From Blastocladiella emersonii ATCC 22665 (lineage: Eukaryota > Fungi > Blastocladiomycota), in contig JANHCV010000001.1 of NCBI GenBank assembly GCA_025594325.1, positions 4,340,001 to 4,404,000 on the forward strand: a DNA stretch of 64,000 bases, written 5' to 3'. Positions 59,574-64,000 of this stretch are shown here, one piece after another. The translations under genes were made by a program, and so were the position numbers. A model generated the notes under the pieces. The model did no database searches. It saw only the letters and a list, made by a program, of their open reading frames with translations, and was not told the origin of the DNA. The stretch's first letter is position 1. Each line of letters opens with the position of its first letter.

Positions 59574-61721
59574 TTAGGACGACGGGACGCGGCACCGTGC
59601 CGCCGGTGCAGCGACTGGGTCGGCGGCGGCCGCGACCTTGACGACCGGGACCCGGACGACGGGCACGGGCACGAGCCCGCGGCGCCGACGCTTGGTCGCG
59701 GGCGACATCGGTGCGAGGGATCCGTTCTCGCTTGCCGCCTCGTCGTCGTCGCTACCGCCGCCGTCCGACACGTCGCCGGGTGCAGGCGACGTCGGGTGAG
59801 ACCGCGGCCGCTTCAGCGGGCTCGCAGTGCTGGATCTGATGATGGCGGGGACGCGGGAGCTGGGCACGACGACCACGTGGCGCGGGGAGCGGGACGGGCT
59901 CTTGGTGGGCGTGGTGTTCCCGCCGAGCGCGGCCGCGGCGATGGCCGAGGCGAGCACGCGGTCGGGCGTGCGGAGGAGCGCGGGCGACTGCGGGCGCGAG
60001 ATGAGCGGCGCGCGGCGCGCGGGGGTCGGGGATGGTGGGTCCGCGGGGGCGGCGGGGCGCGGTGGGGAGGCGACGGGGGACATGAAGGTCGCGGGAGCGG
60101 CTGCTGTTGCTGCTGTCGCTGTTGTTGGTGGATCGGCGGCGGCGGGCGCGATCTCGGGCTCGGGCTCTGCGACCGTCTCGGGCTCGGGCTCGACCTGGCT
60201 GCCGCACGAGGACTGGGTATCGGGCGGAAAGTCCTCGCGCGGCTGCGCATGGCCGGCCGCGTCGGCGGCAAAGTCGGGGACCGCTGGCGGCTCGGGCGGT
60301 GGTGGTGGTGGCTGCGAGGCCTCGGCGGCGGCGTCGTCGTCGACCGTCTCGCTCGGCGGGGTCAGAGACTCGATGACAGCGGCCGGTACAGCGGGCCGGT
60401 CACCGAGCGATGGCGGCATGGGCGACGACCGTGCGCCGAGCGAGGGAGGCATGGGCGACGACCGTGCACCAAGCGACGGGGGCATGGGCGAGGACCGGGC
60501 CGACGGCGTGCTCACGAGCCGTGGTGTGCGCGGACACGGACTCGACGGCGGGGAGCTCGCAGCAACGCCGCCGTTGCGCGACGGGCTGGACGAGACGGGC
60601 GCGGACGAGAGGTCCGACGTCGCCAGCGTCGCCGACGCGATGGTACTGGGCGTGGCGGTCGCCGACGACGACGACTGGGTGAGGCCGAGGAGCGAGTGGG
60701 CGAGCGGGACGGGCGTGGCGCCGCCGACACGGCGGCTGAACGAGGAGGCGGCGGCGGTGGGCGAGCGCTTGACGCTCGACTTGAGGACGCGGCGGAGCAT
60801 GGGCGACGGGCGGGCCGAGGGCGACCCGAGCCCGGCGGTCGTCGAGGCGGTGCGGTCGATCTCGCGCGGGGGTTTGAGGATGGACCGCGGGGTGGTGACG
60901 CGGCGCGGGCTGGCGAGCGGGCTCGACGCGGGCGTGTGCGGGCCCGAGCGCGGGGTGCCGGAGAGCGAGCCCGGCGACTGCTCGCCGCGCACGACGGGCG
61001 AGTCGGGCGGCAGCGTCGAGTCGATGATCTCGGGGCGCAGCGGCGGGCCAAAGGAGATGTTGCGGCGCGGGGTCTTGGACACGGACGCGGACGCGGAGCG
61101 TGATGGGGTGCCTGATGGCGCGGCGGCCGACGACGTCGGGGTCGCCGAGGTGCCGAGGAGGGCGGCGACGGCGTCGGCGCTCGGCGTAGTGGGCGAGGCC
61201 GCCGCGCTCGGCGGTGCGGGCGACGCGGACAGGCGGCGCGGGATGGTCTGCGAGAGGAGGCGCAGGGCGGACCGGGGCTGCGCGGCCGTCAGGCCGGGCG
61301 ACGTGGTGGCAGTCGCCGACGCGGGCGCGGACATGGGCGAGCCAGGCGCCGAGGTGGTGCCGCTAATGAGCTCGAAGCGGAAGCGGCGCACGGACACGCT
61401 GCCCGCGCCAAACTCGATCAGGTCGCCCGACGCGAGGATGCGGTGCTCGCCAGCGGGGACGGGGAGCGTGTTGACGCAGAAGGCGGCTTTCCCGACGTTG
61501 TGGATGGCGACGCCGGCGGTCGAGTCGCCGGTCCAGAGCACGACGGTGCACTGCTCGGCGCACATGTCCGGGGTGACGAGGCGCACGTCGACGTGGGCGG
61601 CGCTGCCGATGGTGTTGGTGTGCTTGGTGAGCGGGAAGATGCGCTCGGGCAGGTTGGCCGCCTGCGGCACGTAGACGAGCCGCGCCGCGACGGCGGGCGG
61701 ACCGGCCACGGGCGCGGGCAT
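59574..61721 (-). CDS. Ki-67/RepoMan-like protein: N-terminal FHA domain + PP1-binding (RVxF/KiR-SLiM) segment + SILK motif, 715 aa, intronless, S/T-P rich
   Basis: FHA-like NTIGS..DVRL..QCTV..VN..LASGDLIEFG..RRFRFE; RRNISFGPPLRPEIIDSTLPPDSPVVRGE; PRSILKP. ATG at 61721 lies in the frame of ORF 59574-62018. Confidence 0.75.
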   Translation of the reverse strand: MPAPVAGPPAVAARLVYVPQAANLPERIFPLTKHTNTIGSAAHVDVRLVTPDMCAEQCTVVLWTGDSTAGVAIHNVGKAAFCVNTLPVPAGEHRILASGDLIEFGAGSVSVRRFRFELISGTTSAPGSPMSAPASATATTSPGLTAAQPRSALRLLSQTIPRRLSASPAPPSAAASPTTPSADAVAALLGTSATPTSSAAAPSGTPSRSASASVSKTPRRNISFGPPLRPEIIDSTLPPDSPVVRGEQSPGSLSGTPRSGPHTPASSPLASPRRVTTPRSILKPPREIDRTASTTAGLGSPSARPSPMLRRVLKSSVKRSPTAAASSFSRRVGGATPVPLAHSLLGLTQSSSSATATPSTIASATLATSDLSSAPVSSSPSRNGGVAASSPPSSPCPRTPRLVSTPSARSSPMPPSLGARSSPMPPSLGARSSPMPPSLGDRPAVPAAVIESLTPPSETVDDDAAAEASQPPPPPPEPPAVPDFAADAAGHAQPREDFPPDTQSSCGSQVEPEPETVAEPEPEIAPAAADPPTTATAATAAAPATFMSPVASPPRPAAPADPPSPTPARRAPLISRPQSPALLRTPDRVLASAIAAAALGGNTTPTKSPSRSPRHVVVVPSSRVPAIIRSSTASPLKRPRSHPTSPAPGDVSDGGGSDDDEAASENGSLAPMSPATKRRRRGLVPVPVVRVPVVKVAAAADPVAAPAARCRVPSS
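60403..60501 (-). repeat. 3 x 33-bp coding tandem repeat (ARSSPMPPSLG)x3
   Basis: Units 60403-60435, 60436-60468 and 60469-60501 are near-identical. Confidence 0.9.
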
Positions 61722-61726
61722 GGCGG

Positions 61727-61756
61727 GTCGGTCGGTCGGTCGGTCGGTCGGTCGGT
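61727..61756. repeat. (GTCG)7 microsatellite immediately 5' of the Ki-67-like start codon
   Basis: Seven perfect units at 61727-61754, ending 5 nt upstream of the minus-strand ATG at 61721. Confidence 0.9.
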
Positions 61757-62110
61757 GTGTGCGAGGAGCGGTGGCTCGGTGGCACACGTTGCGCAGAGTC
61801 GCGCGCAGTCGTTTTCGTTGCAGATTCGTCGGGGGTCGGGGGTCGGGGCCGTCGTCCGTCCGCATGCAGGTCGAAGCGTGCGAACAGCGGCCGACTGGGG
61901 CGCCTGACTCATTGGGAAGGTGGTCGCGGCGTTCAGGGCCCCTCGACCGGGGTGGCAGGTGAGTCAGCTGATGCGCTCGTCTGTTGGTTCGCCGTCGCCG
62001 CCGCGCCGTTCCGCGCACGGATCAGCGCGGCCCGCGAGCCCGCGCACGTCGACCGTGACGTCTGCCCGCCCCTCTACGTGCCAGTCCCCACCCCGCAACT
62101 CCCCGCCATC

Positions 62111-62439
62111 ATGTCGTACTGGAAGACCGCCGGCCTCTCGTTCGTGCCTCTCGACTCTGGCCGCCGCGGATCCCCCTCCCGCTAACCCGTGCCCGTGCCC
62201 CTCCAGGTACCTGCAGTACCTCAACATCGCCTCGCGCGCGACCCGCAACGCCCTCAAGGCCGACCTCAAGGTGGTCGCTGCCCGCCGCGACGAGCAGACC
62301 CTCAAGGTCTCCAAGTGGGTCCAGGGCAAGCAGGGTGAGGCTGTACGTGCTCTCCCTCCTATACTGCACGGCGAAGACCGGTCGCTAACTCCGACACGCT
62401 GCGCTTCTGTAGAAGGACGTCCTTGCCCCCAAGGCCTAA
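62111..62439 (+). CDS. ATP15: Mitochondrial F1 ATP synthase epsilon subunit, 63 aa; exons 62111-62139, 62207-62342, 62413-62439
   Basis: MSYWKTAGLSYLQYLNIASRATRNALK..KVSKW..GKQGE; both introns are canonical and in phase. Confidence 0.92.
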
Positions 62440-62752
62440 GCGGCGACTCCCTCGCGCTTCCTGTACATGCCCTCGTCCGGGCGTGGTTGTCACGGCGGGT
62501 GACCCTGCTCGCCGTCGGCTGCGCCACGGGCTTCTCTCCCCTCACCGAAATTCCTACCGTACCCCTCGTCTACTCGCGCCGAATGCTGAATGGATCGTGT
62601 TTTGAATCACCATCGCGCGCGCGCCGCTCATCAGATCGTCACGTCCGAGCCAGGAAGTGAGTGCAGTCAGGCAGAACAAATCAAATTGGACAGGTGGTGA
62701 GAGGGGAGATCGTGGGGTAGAGACAAGGAGAGTAGCACTCGGGTCCGAGCAC

Positions 62753-63532
62753 TTAGTGGTGGTGGTGGTGCTCCTGCTCGAAGCGGATGCCGCAGTAGCC
62801 GCACGAGTGGTTGCCGGGCTGGTCCAGGTTGATGTACACCTTGGGGTGGCCGAGCGGGCCGCCTACGTGATCCGCGAGTCAGCGACCGCGTTGCGAGGAC
62901 CTGAGCAGAGGAAGGGTACGAACCGCCGCCGTCGCACGCGACGATGCGCTTGTTGACCTTGCGCACGGGCTCCTGCGCGATCAGGTCCATGGCCGGCGTG
63001 GGCTTGGGCTACACGGCGCACGCAAGGTCAGAGCTATGGTCTCCCATTGAACAGAACCCGTCGAACGCACCTGAGCCTCGAGGTCAATCTGCTCGAAGCG
63101 GGGGCCGGTCATGACCACCTCCTTGCGCTTGTAGTAGGCGTAGTCCTTGGACGACACCGTCGCCGTGGCGGTCGCCTTGGGGGCAGCGGCCACCTCGGAC
63201 GAGAGGAGACGCTAGACATCAACGGAAGTACGTGACGTCGTCAGGGCCGAGTCCACCTTGTGTTGCTCCATCACCGCTGGGTGTGCTCGCGAGGGAGGGT
63301 GGGGTTCGCGCGGGCGAGATCGGCGGGGAGCAGGCTCAAGCGCCCGTCTGCGAGAGACACGGTCCGGTGTTGATACATGGTAGGCCCTGGGCCAGTCGTG
63401 ATACATTGCATGTTGCGCGGTTCCCTCCCTCCTCCCTCCCTCGCAAGTCGATCCATGGTCATGGTTCCGAGGCAGGAAACCCACCAGAGCGGGGCGGCGC
63501 ACGGCCGCGGCACGGGACGTGAAGCGAAGCAT
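62753..63532 (-). CDS. NDUFS6: Complex I 13-kDa zinc-binding subunit (NDUFS6/NUMM), 127 aa; exons 63485-63532, 63071-63211, 62924-63008, 62753-62862
   Basis: Presequence [21 protein letters not shown]; [60 protein letters not shown] (zf-CHCC); ends in HHHHH. Confidence 0.92.
63286..63447 (-). promoter_or_regulatory. Long-range 14-bp stem in NDUFS6 intron 1
   Basis: On the minus strand CTTGCGAGGGAGGG (63447-63434) pairs with CCCTCCCTCGCGAG (63299-63286): 13 Watson-Crick pairs + 1 G:U. Confidence 0.72.
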
Positions 63533-64000
63533 GGTTGCACACAAGTTGTGGGACACGGTCGCCGCCACCGCGGGCGCGGCCACGGCCTCGATGGGTGCGC
63601 TCGGGCACGGCGGCCAGCGCCGCGGCGACGCAGCGAGGCGCAAGCGGCGGTCACTCCCGATCACATGATGCGCCCGATCGTGAGGAGCGCGTTCGCGCCG
63701 ACGCGCCGGCCGTCCCACCGTCGTCGTCCTGTCCCTCCTCTGCTCCGCATCTGCCGTGAGTTTGCCAGCTGCTCAACCATCGGCCTCGGCCTCCATGTAA
63801 ACACTCTCGCAAGGCGCGCCATACTCATCGCCGCGCTCCCACGCCTCGACCTGCGACGACGGCTGTGAGTCAGACCCAGCGGCCGCCCTCAAGTACGCCC
63901 CCGCGTCCGTCAAGCTTCCCTACGGCTCGGTGCTGATACGAACCGCAGCTCCAACCTATCCAGATGACTGGCCCGCTCGTCGTCTGGGACCCCGAGGACG

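Noticed and set aside
18029-61721. Apparent clustering of genome-maintenance genes (RAD4/XPC, AlkB-like, BRCA2, Ki-67-like) and flagellar genes (CEP104, CFAP65)
   Set aside because: They are interspersed with unrelated housekeeping genes at normal density, with no shared regulatory motif found; chance is sufficient.
63256-63282. Possible 20-nt poison microexon (CCCAG|CGGTGATGGAGCAACACAAG|GTGGAC) in NDUFS6 intron 1
   Set aside because: The donor is weak relative to the GTACGY/GTGCGT consensus and there is no clear upstream branch point; it needs RNA-seq support.
1-64000. CRISPR arrays, prokaryotic defence or operon-like systems, rRNA and tRNA genes
   Set aside because: The window is eukaryotic with spliceosomal introns. 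The only tandem repeats are coding repeats or microsatellites without unique spacers, and no rRNA or tRNA signatures were seen.
63665-64000. Possible start of another plus-strand gene at the window end (GTGAGT donors, short frames)
   Set aside because: No consistent frame or recognisable product can be built before the window edge.

Overview
This is a gene-dense, very GC-rich eukaryotic window, not a prokaryotic one. Most genes are split by short spliceosomal introns (about 55-85 nt; donors GTACGY/GTGCGT, CTRAC-like branch points, YAG acceptors), so the raw ORF track fragments real genes and adds many antisense shadow ORFs. Fungal-type genes (DUF3712/Tag1-like, Cot1/Zrc1-like, Brh2-like BRCA2) occur together with flagellar genes (CEP104, CFAP65), which suggests a zoosporic fungus (inference). 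Genes in order: AQR (5'-partial), a giant ~2,880-aa LEA_2/DUF3712-repeat membrane protein, a CDF zinc transporter, a decayed duplicate of the YjbQ 3' end, an unknown gene with an in-frame TGA, YjbQ (apparently damaged), RAD4/XPC, a DUF5522-like protein, a SPRY+IQ protein, NOP2, CEP104, a NAC-alpha-like protein, choline/ethanolamine kinase, SEC3, an AlkB-like dioxygenase, an SGNH hydrolase, RPS23, a WD40 protein, RPL18, CFAP65, BRCA2, an FHA+PP1-docking protein, ATP15 and NDUFS6. I found no rRNA, tRNA, CRISPR or recognisable transposon. Two observations stand out. (1) The three long introns I resolved (RPS23, RPL18, NDUFS6 first introns) are each closed by a long-range end-to-end stem that could collapse them toward the normal intron size. 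(2) There is a Ki-67/RepoMan-like protein with an FHA domain, an RVxF/KiR-SLiM PP1-binding segment and a SILK motif. All family assignments come from motifs recognised by eye; no searches or folding programs were run.
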